From Eledone cirrhosa (Eukaryota), in contig OZ024741.1 in assembly GCA_964016885.1 (NCBI GenBank), forward strand, positions 196,478,001 to 196,542,000: 64,000 nucleotides of DNA. The letters are read 5' to 3'. The position numbers were made by a program, and so were the translations under genes. The notes beneath the pieces were generated by a model. The model was given only the letters and a program-made list of their open reading frames with translations. It had not been told where the DNA came from and did not search any database. The stretch's first letter is position 1. Each line of letters starts with the position of its first letter. Shown here piece by piece: positions 1 to 13,160 of this stretch.

Positions 1-1285
1 CTTGAAGACATCACCCGGATCACTGATGGCGGCTCATGGGTGGATGTTGTTTACCTTGACTTTGCAAAAGCTTTCAATTCTGTGCCACACAAAAGGCTTA
101 TGACAAAACTCTCTGCAATGGGTGTAAAGGATGATCTTTTTAACTGGCTGAAGTCCTTTATTCTCAGTCGAAGAGAGGTAGTCACGGTTCTGGGACAGCA
201 TTCCTCACCATATGAGATGTCATCTGGTGTACCACAGGGATCTGTTCTTGGCCCCCTTTCGTTTGTGGCATATATTAATGACATAGATGCCAACTTAAAG
301 AATGCCACAGTACTAAAGTATGCAGATGACATCAAGCTGTACCTTGAGATAAAAAGAACAGATCCTGAACACTATAGATCTTGCTTGCAGTCTGACCTGG
401 ACACAATGCAACAATGGATCTCTGACTGGCAACTCAAGCTAGCTGTGGACAAGTGCACCACCATGCATTTTGGGAGTAAAAACCCAGCGTCCATATACTC
501 CCTCCACAGCGCTAATATCAAGAAATCTTCTTATGAACGTGACCTGGGCATTATGGTCAGCAGCGATTTGCGTTGGACGAAGCATGTCTCTAAAATTGTC
601 AAGATGGCCGAGGGTGTCTTAGCATCACTCAGGAGGCCTTTGTTAGCCGCTCTCCAGCTATCTATTTAAGGCTGTACATGACTATGGTGCGCCACACTTA
701 GAATTTGCATCACCAGTCTGGAACCCCTATCTTGCTCAGAACATTGATCGCCTGGAAACTGTTCAGAGACGTGCAACCAAGCGAATACCCTCCATCAGGC
801 ATCTACCATACTCTGAACGCCTTGCTTCCCTGGGCATGGATACATTGAAGTTCCGACGCCTGGCAACTGACTTGGTAAATGCCCACAAAATTGTTAACCA
901 TCTTGCCAACAACAACCCTGAGTACCTTTTTGATTTCCATGTGTCTAACACACGTGGGCATGCCCACAAAGTCAGAAAACAGCACAGTTCCCATGACTTT
1001 CGGAAACATTTTTTCATGCTCAGAGTTGCTGAAGCATGGAACAAACTACCTGCATCAGTTGTTAGCTGTCAAGACACTGCATCCTTTAAAACCTCCATGC
1101 TTCCTGAGATTCGCCAACACTACACCTAATGTTCCCCCTACATACACACGCACACATGTATATCATGACTCATACACTATTCACTTCCCTGACATTTGTA
1201 TATTATTCTATGTACTATACATGCACCTTTGACGAGTTGTAGTGCACCTGAGCACTTTACACAATAATTTCATTATTTTTATTAT
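1..1285 (+). mobile_element. CR1-like LINE, 3' portion (RT, frameshifted) with 3' UTR
   Basis: ORF 40-669 has YLDFAKAF, SGVPQGSVLGP and YADD RT motifs. The C-terminus continues in ORF 836-1129 (TRGH..K...RKHFF..RV..AWNKLP). A second copy of the 3' end lies at about 52696-52950. Confidence 0.88.
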
Positions 1286-1489
1286 TTCATATTGCTCCAT
1301 TTCACTCAGTAGAAAATAAACACCAATGGCATGTCTAATACGCTTCATTCAGTCTTTGGAAGCTTGGGAAAAATTGGATGCAAAATGTTAACTCTACTGT
1401 ACACAGAAAACAGTAACAAGCATTTAAAAACCATTTTCCCTACTAAGGCAGGCTTAGCCATGTGAACCACTTGACAAGCTTCTCCATCT

Positions 1490-2290
1490 GCATCACACCC
1501 CACCAAACCTTTGGCTTTCATTTCCTCCTCCATCATCTTTAGCTATGTCTTTCTTGGCCTTCCTCTTCCACTACTTCTACATTCATTTCCATCACTCCTC
1601 TCACCTACTTACTTTCATTATTCTTCAACATATGACCCAACCATCTCATTCCATTTCTCTTCACATTCATCACTGGCTCTATTTTCATCATCCTCTGCAA
1701 TTGTTTGTCTTCCTCTCTCATTGATACTCTACTTATCTACTGAATCATTCTTGTTTCTATTCTTTCCAGCCTACTCTGCTGTTCCATATTCATCACTCGT
1801 GTCTCACTTTCATAAATTATAGCATTTCTCACACATGCAGCATACACCTTTCTCTTCAGTTTCAGCAACACTCTCTTCATTAGCACACCAGTTAGTAATT
1901 GGAACACATCTTCCATGCACATCTCACTCTAGATACAGTCACAGCAACTGATCTGCTCTCTCCATTCAACATGTTTTCAAGGTAAAAAACTGTTTTCACA
2001 CCTTCCATTTCCACACCATTCCCAAAATCCAATTCAACATCCTCTCCGTCTGTAGCTTCCTGCATCCACGCTTTACACCTACTTCTACATAGCTGCCACG
2101 TTATTTAATAATCCTTTCACACCACTACATTTTTTATGTATCCACCCATTGCATATCATTCAATTAATGGAGTTCACTTCTACATCCTTCCTGTTCTTTC
2201 TTTCTCACCCAATGCTTTAACACTTACCCTCATCTTCATACCACACATTCCTTCCACTTATTCATCTTTCTCAGCCCATCCACATTAGCT
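1490..2290 (-). mobile_element. Highly degenerate RTE-type LINE fragment
   Basis: ORF 1737-1922 (KRKVYAACVRNAIIYESET...RLERIETRM) resembles the RTE C-terminal region of better copies in this window. Confidence 0.6.
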
Positions 2291-2457
2291 ATTCACAACT
2301 AGTGAAGTATAGCTTGTTCCTCTACATGTCGCTTGTAAGGCCCCTTTCTCGTGTATGCTATTTATCGTGTAAATATATAAATATAACTTATTAATATATG
2401 CCATTTATCCTGTCAATATGTAAATATAACTTGATATACTTTTAATTTCAATTTAAG

Positions 2458-2700
2458 GTCATGAACCAGCTGAAAGTGTTATTCAAGACAACATGTTGAT
2501 TCATAAGAAGCTTGTAACCTTCAGAAATTCAGACATTGTTGAAATGATAGTACTCAAGAAAGGATCAGATAACTTGATGGATAGTGCTGCCCATCATCTT
2601 ATGGTTGCATCGTATCGAAATCAATTGACTCATGTATTTGTCCGTGTTGCTATGATAGCTCTACCAGTCAATGCCTGCACTAAAGACACCCTGTCGCTAA
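2458..2700 (+). CDS. GNPAT: Dihydroxyacetone phosphate acyltransferase (GNPAT), internal exon
   Basis: AG at 2456-57, GT at 2701. Encodes HEPAESVIQ...ASYRNQLTHVFVR...DTLSL, matching the GNPAT 'ASYRNQL..FVR' segment. Phase is compatible with the next exon. Confidence 0.88.
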
Positions 2701-2830
2701 GTATGTTTCTGCTGTTTTTAATTTGATAATTAATTCTATACACTTAAGAAATTACAGGAATTGAACATCAACATAATTTGAAATCAGTACAATTATTAAA
2801 ATTTGTATTTTTAGTATATAGTATATTACA

Positions 2831-2960
2831 TGGTGGCGAATTGACAAAATCATTAGAACGTCAGAGAGAGTGCTTTGTAATATTTGTTCCAGCTCTCTGC
2901 TCTCTCAGTTCAAATCCTGATAAGGTAGATAAAAAAAAGTACCAGTCTAGTACTAAGATT
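2831..2960 (+). mobile_element. Degenerate tRNA-derived SINE
   Basis: GGTGGCGAATTG...CAGTTCAAATCC B-box and AAAGTACCAG tail, similar to the copy at 45657-45844. Confidence 0.55.
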
Positions 2961-4502
2961 GATTCTTCCTTTATATTCCTTTCTCTTACTATCTATCCTT
3001 CTCTGGAAGAAATCTTCTGTACTCAAACCTAGAGAGGGGATGGGCTCCCCCAGGTTTAAAAATGCCCTAAGAAATGCTGTATGTCAGTATGGTGCCCCTA
3101 TGACTCCCTCGGGTGTTACAGATCCATACCATATTACTTTAGTTTTTTTTATATTTTCTTGTGGAAAATGGATGGTATATAAGGGAATTGTTGAATCAGA
3201 CGTTTCACTGATGCTCTTCTTAATGTTACCCACTCTGAATTAAATCTGAAACAAATTGAATAATGTATTTAAGGGCACAATGAAAGGTCTCGAATAGGAC
3301 TTTTATCCATCATTTATATTTACTCTGTATATATTTATTATTCTACTTTTAAAAACACCAGACAAGACCCAGGCCTTCTGAATGAAATTGGATAGCCAGA
3401 AACTGTGTCCTGCTGAATCTCCCTCAGGATTATGTTAATGGTACATACACACGTCGGTGGAATGCTTATCCACTTACACATTAATTTCATGACTAGGCTG
3501 TTCCATTGATCAAACAACTGGAACACTCAGTGTTGAAACCAACGAAGGTCTGTCATCATTATCACCGTATTCTATAAAATGACGGTATCCACGATGAGGT
3601 CTAATCACAAGATTCTGGGCCTGACAAAAGATATAACAAAAGATTGCAGCAATTGGTGATATGCAATCCATCTTATTATGGAAAAATAAACCTTGAACAG
3701 GCCAATAAGAAAGCTTGTACATAGTTGCTTGGCCTGCTGGAAATTGCAACCAAATTTCTCACTATTCACACCCTACCAACTCAAAAATGAAAAACCGAAT
3801 TTGATAATATTGTCCTAGATACACTCTCTGAACATGTTGATTCATAAGAAGCTTGATTGTCATGACTAGCACATCTTTGATCATAGGTCTGCTCCATCAG
3901 ACTTTACTTAGGGTTAAACAACGACAATGAACCTTGAAATGTTGATATATATATATATATTTGGAGTTAACCAAAAAGAATCAAAGTTGCCAATTAATTT
4001 TTTTGCTATATTGTTATAGCATAAGTATTTTTAGTGAGTGTAATGAATAATGATGGTGTGGTTAGCAGATAGATTTGTTCATTTGCAATTACAGTGATAA
4101 AATGCGAAGATGATGAGTGAGTAGCTTGCTGGTCGAGTAATGAGGTGTGAGTAAGTGAAGTGTGTCTCAGTGAGCCAAAAAGCAGAATATTCTGGGGATC
4201 GAAAATCTCTTGTATATACCAGATTTAGGTTGCCCAGAAACATTAAACAGATAGCTTTTTCAACTGTCCCCTTTTTGGACATTCTGGTATCTTGAGCTTT
4301 CTACAAGAGAATATTATTTATTAGGTTTTTTGGCTCTGAGGTCACAGGCCAGTCTTTTGGTGATCGAGTGTGGCAGGCTAAGAAAACCATCGTGAGAAAA
4401 ATACGTTGAGGTTTTGCTACATATTAGTTAAATTATTTGAATTGAAATATTGTAAGGTTATTAAATGATTTAAGAAATCTATCATCTTAATTTGTTATAT
4501 AT

Positions 4503-4828
4503 ACAAAACTTGTCCGAAAAATAAGGGTACTGATTTTCTTATGTACGACATGGTAATGCAGCGTCTCATTGATGTATATAAACGTGTTGGGTATGACCTT
4601 GGCTGCATCTTCATACTTGTTTCAACATGATCGATTCAGTCAGTCATGAGTTATTGCTGTTTATGTACGGACAAATTTATAATATGTTACATTTGCAATG
4701 GAGGAAAATATCGAACTACAGTACATGATCAAATTTTGTGTGAAATTCAACAAACCTGAAACTGAAACATTTAATTATTCAACACAAGCTTATGGAAATG
4801 CCACTCTATCAAGAAGTAAGGTTTCGGG
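4503..4828 (+). mobile_element. Mariner-type DNA transposon 5' fragment
   Basis: ATG at 4698 begins MEENIELQYMIKFCVKFNKPETETF...QAYGNATLSRSKV, typical of the mariner transposase N-terminal HTH. Truncated at a (TA)n run. Confidence 0.7.
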
Positions 4829-5212
4829 GATATATATATAATATAAAGATTTACATATACATAAAGTCACAGATATATATGTGGCAACCGGTCACGATGT
4901 GGCTCAATGAAGAATTAATAAATTAAATAATCAGAGCAATATATCATAAATCATGTCCTTAGAATTATTAGATAAAATATATACCATTTCCTCTCCCAAT
5001 TAGCATAATTAACCATATAAAAAATCAATTAGACCAGGCTATAAGAATAAAGGCTCCTATGAAGAAATATTTGATAAATAACCAAAAGCGGCCTCTTCGC
5101 GGTTGACCACAATAGAGTATTTACCCAACATTTCAACAGTATGTAGAAACTGACAAAATATACAATTAGGTATAAATTTAAAGTTAGAAGAAACGTGTAC
5201 ATACCGTAATTA

Positions 5213-5294
5213 CATCTCTACCATGGTTTCATTCGTATTTTGAGATATCCTATTAATAAGGATAAATCTCGAGTATCGAACTCATCAGGAGACA
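5213..5294 (-). ncRNA. Type I hammerhead ribozyme (long stem II, palindromic CCAUGG stem III)
   Basis: Minus strand: UGUCUC-CUGAUGA-[GUUCG...long hairpin...CGAAU]-GAAA-C-CAUG-G-UA^GAGAUG. Stem I pairs UGUCUC/GAGAUG. Confidence 0.75.
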
Positions 5295-5314
5295 AACTCT
5301 AAGGACATGATTTA

Positions 5315-5350
<36 letters not shown>

Positions 5351-5484
5351 ATTTCGGAGTCCCAAAGGCAAAAAATATCTATTATAGATAATAGTTGAGA
5401 AAACTGGGTAAATTACTCTTAGAGACTGAAAAAATGGAGAGATAGAATTAATGGCTTTCATTTTTGTAATTGATTTTATTTTAG

Positions 5485-5564
5485 GTGATCTCTATAAAAA
5501 ATATGTTTTTCTGGAGAGACTTTTCAGTAGAGAATTTATCTTCCTTCCAGGAAACACTAAACAG
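5485..5564 (+). CDS. GNPAT: GNPAT internal exon
   Basis: ttag/gtaaag boundaries. Encodes DLYKKYVFLERLFSREFIFLPGNTKQ, matching the GNPAT 'EFIFLPGNT' motif. Confidence 0.92.
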
Positions 5565-6375
5565 GTAAAGTGACTTTCTCTAAAATGCATGTTTTGAACT
5601 CATTTCATCAATGATAAATTAATCCTTAATTTTTATTAAGGTTTATTAAATAATACTCTTATTATTCATATTATTAAGTGGTTCGTAATCTGTAACAAGC
5701 AAACTTATAACTTCTGTTACTTCACAAAGTTTAATAAGGTCAGTTTTGGATGAATGAAACAATATGGAATTTTGGTTTCTATAAACATTAAAATATATTT
5801 TGCCAAATAAAAGAGAAATATTTTTTTTTACAGATTTTAGCCCTTTTGATATCAATCTACACAAAACCACCACTGAGTCTATGAAATAAAGCAACTCTTT
5901 TTAAAGGATTTCTATTTAAATTAAAACTTTCCAACCTTTTGCTATGTTACAATTAATGTCTTAATAATGAAACAACTAATAATTTTAGTAAATCCCTCCA
6001 ATTCCTCATTAATTAATTCAAATACAATGTATTTCATTAGAAATATGGTCACAAAAAGGTTAATAAGAAGTTAGCAAGTGCTTATTATTATTTCAATAAT
6101 TAAAACCTGAAACAGATTTTGTTTCTTCACATTTTAGCTGAATAATCAAACTTGTTCTTAAACTATTCCTAAATAATTTCCATTTAAAATTTAAATTGTG
6201 CAAATACATTATTAAAAAGATGTAAATTTTCAACTTCATTTTTATTGCTGAGTAAACAAGATGGTAAAAAAATTTTTCTTTTAATGGTTAAAAAGTATTT
6301 TTAAAACGGAGTACTTGTATGAATTTACAAACCAAACATGGACTAGGAATTAAAATCTGAGAACCTAGCGGGATT

Positions 6376-8690
6376 TCATCATCATCATCATACGTCCGCT
6401 TTTCCCTGCTTGCAAGGGTGGGACAGGTACTATTCAGCACAGCATCTCTCCACTTGTCATGGTCCTTCGTCATCTCCTCCATGAGCTTCAGCGATTTGAG
6501 GTCTGCTCTCACCACCTCCGCCCATGTTTTTTGTGGCCTTCCTCTACTGCGTCTTCCTTCTACTTGGATTTCTTGGCACTTCTTTACCTAGTTTTCATCC
6601 TCCATGAGCATCACATGTCCGAACCATCGCAGTCTTATCTCCCACACACTACAACTTATCTCTCTTATACACAGTTCCTCTGCAACTTATCTATGCTTGG
6701 TCGTTCACGCACATTGACATTGCACATCCAACAGAGCATGCTTGCTTCATTTCTCTCAAGCCGTCACATATTCTCCGCAGTTGCTGCCCATGTCTCACTA
6801 CCATGCACCATCGTGCATCGCACACAGGCATCATATAACTGGCCTTTCGTACGCAGGGAGAAACCCTTTTTTGTCAACAGAGGAAGCAGCTCCCTAAACT
6901 TCTTCCAGCCTGTCCTTATTCTGGATACTATGGCCTCGGAGCACCCCGCTCCCTTGCAATTCTGATCACCTAGGTACCGGAAGCTATCAACCACTTCTAT
7001 AGCACCTACCTGCATTTGAAAAATGTGTCTATCACTGTGACTTCTACTGTCAAAATTTCCCTGTACATCTACTGCATATGTAGTTTTCCCTACCTGTTAG
7101 TTTGCCTGCTATCCCACTACAACTCTTGTGTACCCAAGATCTGCATTGTGTACATTTTATAGAATTTATGCCAGTTCCTTTTCTACATATCGAACGTGAC
7201 CATTTCCCTGATGGAATCAGAGTTTTGTCCTCCTTTCTACTTATCCACACTTTTGTCTTAGCTAGGTTCACACTCAGTCCTCTTGATTCCAACTGCTGTT
7301 TCCATAGCCAGAATTTATTCTCTATCTCCTCTACAGATTCTGCTATAAGTACCAGATCGTCAGCATAGAGAAGTTCCAATGGGCAGCCAGCCTTAAACTC
7401 CTCTGTTATGGCTTGGAGGACTACATCAGAAGCGGGCTGAGGACCGAACCCTGATGTACTCCTACTTGTATCTGGAATTCCTCACTAAACTCCATTCCTA
7501 CTCTCACTTTACTAACAGCACCCCTGTACATAGCTTGCACTGTCCTCACAAGCCATTCTTCTACACCTAGTTCCCTTAGGGCCCACCAGATAACAGATCG
7601 GGGTACCCTATTAAATGCCTTCTCTAGGTCAACAAAAGCTAAGTGTAGTGGCTTATTCTTCTCTAAGAACCTCTCTTGTAGTTGTCTCACGAAGAAGAGG
7701 GCATCTGTTGTACTTTTCCCAGGTACAAAACCAAACTGCATCTCATCTAATTTGACCCTTTCTCTAATTAGTTGTGCTAATATTCTCTCTGCCACTTTCA
7801 TAACCTGATCCATCAGTTTTATGCCCCTATAATTGCTCCTCTCCAGAGCATCCCCTTTACCTTTGTAACAATTTATAAGAATACTGCTGCACCAGTCTTT
7901 GGGTATGACTCCACCATATATAGCTTGATTATCTAGTCTAACGATGTCTCTATCCTCTGTCAATGTGGCTGTTTCTAAAAGTTGCTCGTAAAAGCAGTCT
8001 TTCTCTTCTTCACCGAGGCCCACCTGGGGAGCATAGGTAGAAATGATTGTCAGCAGTCTCTTGCCTACAACTAATCTAATCTTAATGATTCTATCACTGA
8101 CTCTAACTAACCTCTATTGTCTTTTTGATCCACCTCTTGGCCAGTAAAATGCCTACCCCACCTCCCCCATCATCATTACCTACCCAGAAAAGCTTATAAC
8201 TAAGATGTTTGCCTGTGATTAGTCTTGCTGAGGCACCTCTCCATCTCACCTCTTGCACACAGCACACATCCACATGTCTTCTCTCTAGCATCTCCACCAT
8301 CTCACTAGATCTACCTGTCAGGGTGCCAACATTAAGTGTGTTAACCCTGAGATGCGGCGTCTTTCGTTGAAATTTCTTCCTTTTCTGCAAAGAAAAATTG
8401 TTTATAATCATGTTGTGCGATTGCTTGATGAACGTCAGGGGGTTCTCGCACATGGCCGCACTAGCCACCCCACTACCGTGCGCAGCCCTAACATGGTCAG
8501 TGTTATTACTGTTTACGCAGTTATTGCTATATAAATTTGTTGTTGTGCTCATTATTGTTTTGGCATTAATACACTGGTTGGATGCCCTTCCTAACACCAG
8601 CGCTACTTTACAGCATGGACTGGATGCTTTTATTCGTGCCACCAGCACTAAAGAGGTTGTCTTGCTGGACTCAGAGGCCCTCTCCACCCC
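6376..8690 (-). mobile_element. RTE-clade LINE (APE endonuclease + RT), internally deleted, with (GAT)n tail
   Basis: APE motifs (TLNVGTL, CVQEVRW) in ORF 8103-8840, RT motifs (FVDLEKAF, GVHQGSVLSPLL, LYADD) in ORFs 7421-8023 and 7050-7379, and an (ATC)n tail at 6376-6390. Confidence 0.9.
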
Positions 8691-8691
8691 A

Positions 8692-8790
8692 TTGATGAAG
8701 GACCGTGACAAGTGGAGAGATGCTGTGCTGAATAGGACCCGTCCAACCCTTGCAAGCAGGGAAAAGCGGACGTAAAATGATGATGATGAT
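8692..8790 (+). mobile_element. Short RTE 3'-end copy with (GAT)n tail
   Basis: Near reverse complement of 6376-6480. Confidence 0.75.
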
Positions 8791-8811
8791 ATATTGTATA
8801 TATATATATTG

Positions 8812-10417
8812 AGTAGATTGCCCTCTTCCTTGTGAGGCAATTACAGGAAAAGTACCTAACTAAAAGTAAGCCACTCTACTTGGCATTTGTCGACCTTGAG
8901 AAAGCCTTTGACAGAGTTCCACGTGCAGTAATCTGGTGGGCTCTTAGAAAACTAGGAGTAGATGAATGGCTTGTGAAAGCGGTACAAGCCATGTATAGGG
9001 GAGCAGTCAGCAAAGTTAGGATTGGCAATGAGTATAGCGAGGAATTTAGCGTACAGGTTGGGGTCCACCAGGGCTCTGTTCTTAGCCCTCTCCTGTTCAT
9101 CATAGTCCTGCAGGCAATAACGGAGGAGTTTAAGACCGGATGCCCATGGGAACTCCTGTATGCTGATGACCTCGCACTCATAGCTGAATCTATGGTAGAA
9201 CTAGAGAATAAATTCCAAACCTGGAAGCAGGGACTAGAGAGAAAGGGCCTCAAAGTCAACATGACAAAGACTAAGGTCCTTATAAGTAGACGAGAAAACA
9301 GAACCCAGATCCCCTCAGGGAAATGGCCTTGCTCAGTATGTAGGAAAGGTGTAGGTAGGAACTCCATTCTCTGCCCCAAATGCAAACAATGGGTACACAA
9401 GAGATGTAGCAGGATCTCAGGAAGCTTAATTAAGAATGTAGGATTCACATGCAGCAGCTGTGCTGAAACAGCAAGCAAACAGCCACAGGAAACAAGTACC
9501 ACCAATCTCTGGGAGGGCCCTGTAGAAACAGTAGACAGCTTCTGCTACCTAGGTGACCGAATTAGCAACGGAGGTGGGTGCTCAGAAAGTACAATAACTA
9601 GGGTAAGAACGGGATGGAAGAAGTTTAGGGAACTACTACCACTGCTAGCTGCAAAAGGCTTCTCCCTCAGAATGAAAGGCAGACTGTATGATGCGTGTAT
9701 CCGAACAGCGATGTTGCATGGTAGTGAGACCTGGGCGCTGAAGGTGGAAGACTTACGTAGATTAGAGAGAAACGAAGCCTGCATGCTCCGATGGATGTGT
9801 AACAGTAATATACGTGAACGACAAAGCATAAAGGAATTGAGAGAGAGACTGAGCATAAGAGGAATCAAATGCTGCGTGCAGGAGAGGCGGTTATGCTGGT
9901 ATGGACATGTGATGCGTATGAAGGATGACAGCTGCATAAAAAGGTGCAGAGCACTAGAAGTTGATGGAAACCGCGGAGTGGGGAGACCCAAGATGACTTG
10001 GGATGAGGTGATAAAAGCCGACCTTACCCAACTACACCTCTCAAAGTCAATGACACACGACCGTGACTTCTGGCGTCACGCAGTAATACAGGGTACCCGA
10101 CCTCCCATGGGTACATGCTGAAGCATATAAACAATATGCCCCCCCCCACCCCCCACCGCAAGGTGGTCGTGGAGGTGCCACGGCAAAAAAGCACCCAGCC
10201 CACACTGTAAAGTGGACGGTGTAGGCGCCACGAAAAAGCACCCAGCACTCACTGTAAATGAGGTTGGTGTTAGGAAGGGCATCCAGCTGTAGAAATCAAG
10301 CCAGATCAGTTCCTGTATGAGCAAGGCATGGTCAGCCGACCAGACACTGCCCACAACAGGACAACCCGTCTAACCCATGCTAGCGTGGAAGAACGGACGT
10401 AAAACGGTGATGATGAG
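8812..10417 (+). mobile_element. 5'-truncated RTE LINE with a 429-aa open RT region and 3' UTR
   Basis: ORF 8832-10121 has RT motifs and a Cys-rich PHD-like insert (CSVC...CPKC..WVHKRC...CSSC). Ends ACCCATGCTAGCGTGGAA...GATGATGA. Confidence 0.92.
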
Positions 10418-10680
10418 TAGAATATTTTGAGAGAATTATGGTGTTTATTCCTAGCAAATAATATTCCAAATTTTGTCATGTTAACAGTGCTAACAATTTC
10501 CAGAATTATATTAGAATCCCTAAATTTCTGAATACATAAGACTTTAGAAAGATAGATATACATTCAACCATCAGGTTTGAAGTACCTAAGATTTATAAAT
10601 TTCATTTTATTTTTCTGTCACCAAATTTTAATTGACATATTTTATAATATATATTATACACTTTTCTTTTTCTATTTCAG

Positions 10681-10821
10681 GATTTTGAACAAGCCTTATT
10701 AGTTTTAAGCCATACCTGTGGAGTTGTACTACAAGATGACGTTGTATTAATTAAACCATCAACCAATAAATATACAGTTTTCTTTAGCCATATGTTTGAA
10801 CCATTCCTTATAGGATACTGG
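10681..10821 (+). CDS. GNPAT: GNPAT internal exon
   Basis: ttcag/gtaagt boundaries, 141 nt. Encodes DFEQALLVL...MFEPFLIGYW, compatible with GNPAT 'DFEEG...LFKPFVESYQ'. Confidence 0.9.
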
Positions 10822-11445
10822 GTAAGTAATGTGTTGGAAAAAGGAATTCTTTTTCAATGAAATCACGAGTTTTTAATTATTCTAATAATTGAAAGTATGT
10901 ATGTATGTATACAAGTATTTTGATATCCCAAACTGTAATACAACACAAGTATTTCAATAAATAAACTATTAATACTGTATTTATTTATGAAGTCTCTGGT
11001 TTTAAAGTTAATGTTTTGGTTTATGGATTATAATCATCACCATTTTTATGTATACTTTTCCATCACAACCCCTTTACAGTGTGGGCTGGAGGCTTCACTA
11101 GATCTATGCTTCAGACTGTCCTCATGGGGGATATATGGAAGGGTGGAGTGGGGGTGGTGCATACTATATGTATGCTTCAGCTTAAGCCTGTGCCCATGGG
11201 AAGGTAGGTATTACTGCGTCGTTTTTGAGAGGTGCAATTAAGCAAGGTCAGCTTTTATAAATAAAAGAAATCCAGAGTATAGTCAGTAGTATTCACGTAT
11301 TAGAAATATGATCCAACAAAGGATTAAATGTTTTGCTACTGAAAGCAATGTTTGATATAAAGAATGAGTGCTTCCCAGTTTGAAATATTTCTGCTCTTAA
11401 GATTTTGTCAGCACCTGCTGTCAGTGTTATTTCTTCTCTCTTTAG

Positions 11446-11657
11446 GTTTTGTGTCAGCATCTATTATCAATGCCACAGGTAGGCCATGGCAAATTGCTTG
11501 CCAAACCTATACAAATGCTTGCAAAGGAGGCCCAGATGGTTGCAGCTCGATTACTCCGTGAACAATTGGTTAAACATCCAGAGATACTGTCACTCAACTT
11601 ACTCAATAATGGACTCGTGGCTTTGTACAATATGGATGCTCTACATAAAGAAAAAAG
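11446..11657 (+). CDS. GNPAT: GNPAT internal exon
   Basis: Polypyrimidine tract + ttag acceptor and AG|gtattt donor. Encodes VLCQHLLS...EILSLNLLNNGLVALYNMDALHKEK, in frame with its neighbours. Confidence 0.87.
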
Positions 11658-12865
11658 GTATTTTTAATACTCTTTATTGAGTTTTTCAGTTACATTTTTG
11701 TTATAAACATTTATGGTTCTTTTTAGCTAACTGTTAAAAATGTTGTATAGCTGGTCAGACAAACAACTCATCTTAAATTCATTTTAATGGCCTATAAAAC
11801 TATAATAAACAGGAAGGAGGCTAAAGACTAAACTTTGATTAAGACTTATTTTGCACACTAGATTCTTCACTGAACTCATTGCCACATCCTTATGACTTGC
11901 ATCACTCTTGCAAGCCATTCATCTACACCTAGTTCTCTTAACCCTTTAGCATTCACATTACTCTATATATACTATTATATTTTCATGATAAAAGCTTTAC
12001 TTTGCATAATTATCTCACATAATATCAAATCTATGAGATTTTGAAAGTATTTATTTTGAGAACAATACCTTAACATCAGTATGAGTGGCCAGTTTCAACA
12101 GAAAAAGGTAGAGAATTCTGGCCGGTTCGAACATGAAAGGGTTAAAGATTTTCAGGTTAAAGAGTATGGTACTCTGTCAAAGGCCTTTTCAAAATCTATG
12201 AATGCTGGATATAGTGAAATGGAGAAGATAGTCTCATACTCATTAGTTTGGAGAGTTCAGAGAAAACTAGGTGTAGCTGAAAGGCTTGTGAGAGTTGCTC
12301 AAACTATGTTTTAGGTTCCTGCTAGCAAGATTAAAATTGACAGCAAGTTGAGTGAAAGTAATAATTGTTCACCAGGAAATTGTCTCCAAATCCAAATCTT
12401 TCTCACTCCTGTTGAAGTAACCCCTCCCTGGTGACCTCCACCATATCCTATCTCTGGCTATGTGGGGCCAAGGTATCGAGTCGGATCATTGTACAATCTT
12501 GCCTTTGGCTGCCCTCTTGTTCTTCTCCACTGCCATGGTGTCCACTCTGTCGTTTTCATATAATCCACCTGTTGTTTCTGAGATAAGAGACATGGCCAGC
12601 TCATCTATCTTTGCCCTTCTTGATGGTCACAATTATGTTCTTCACTCCAGTCTGCTATCAAATCCAGGTGTTGCTCTTCCTGTTATGTAAGCTGATGGTG
12701 AGCTTGATTCACTCCATTTTATGTTGAGCCATTGCAAGAATCTTTGCAATGATGGTGTGAGTGCCCATGTCTTACTTTCATAAGTCATCACTGGCAGAAG
12801 ATATTCATTAAACAACTTTCTCTTGGTTTATCTTCAATTTCATATTACTATAATTCTCAACATAA

Positions 12866-13160
12866 TAATCTTTTCTACTTTTGGCACAAGGCCATCAATT
12901 ATCCCAGTGCATTACTGGTACTTTATTTTATCGACCCTGTAAGGATGAAAGGCAAAGTTAACTATGGCAGGATTTGAACTCAGACCGTAAAGAGCCGTAG
13001 CTCAATGCTGCAAAGCATGGTGTCCGACCCTCTACCGATACTGCCAACCCTTCAATTCTCAAAGTAATAATTATTTCTACTTTTGGTACGAGGCCAGCAA
13101 TTATTCCAGTGCATTACTGGTACTTTATTTTATCAACCCCGTAAGGATGAAAGGCAAGGT
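12866..13160 (-). mobile_element. tRNA-derived SINE plus a partial second copy
   Basis: Same family as 45657-45844 (GAGTTCAAATCC B-box; tail GGCCTTGTGCCAAAAGTAGAAA). Confidence 0.8.
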
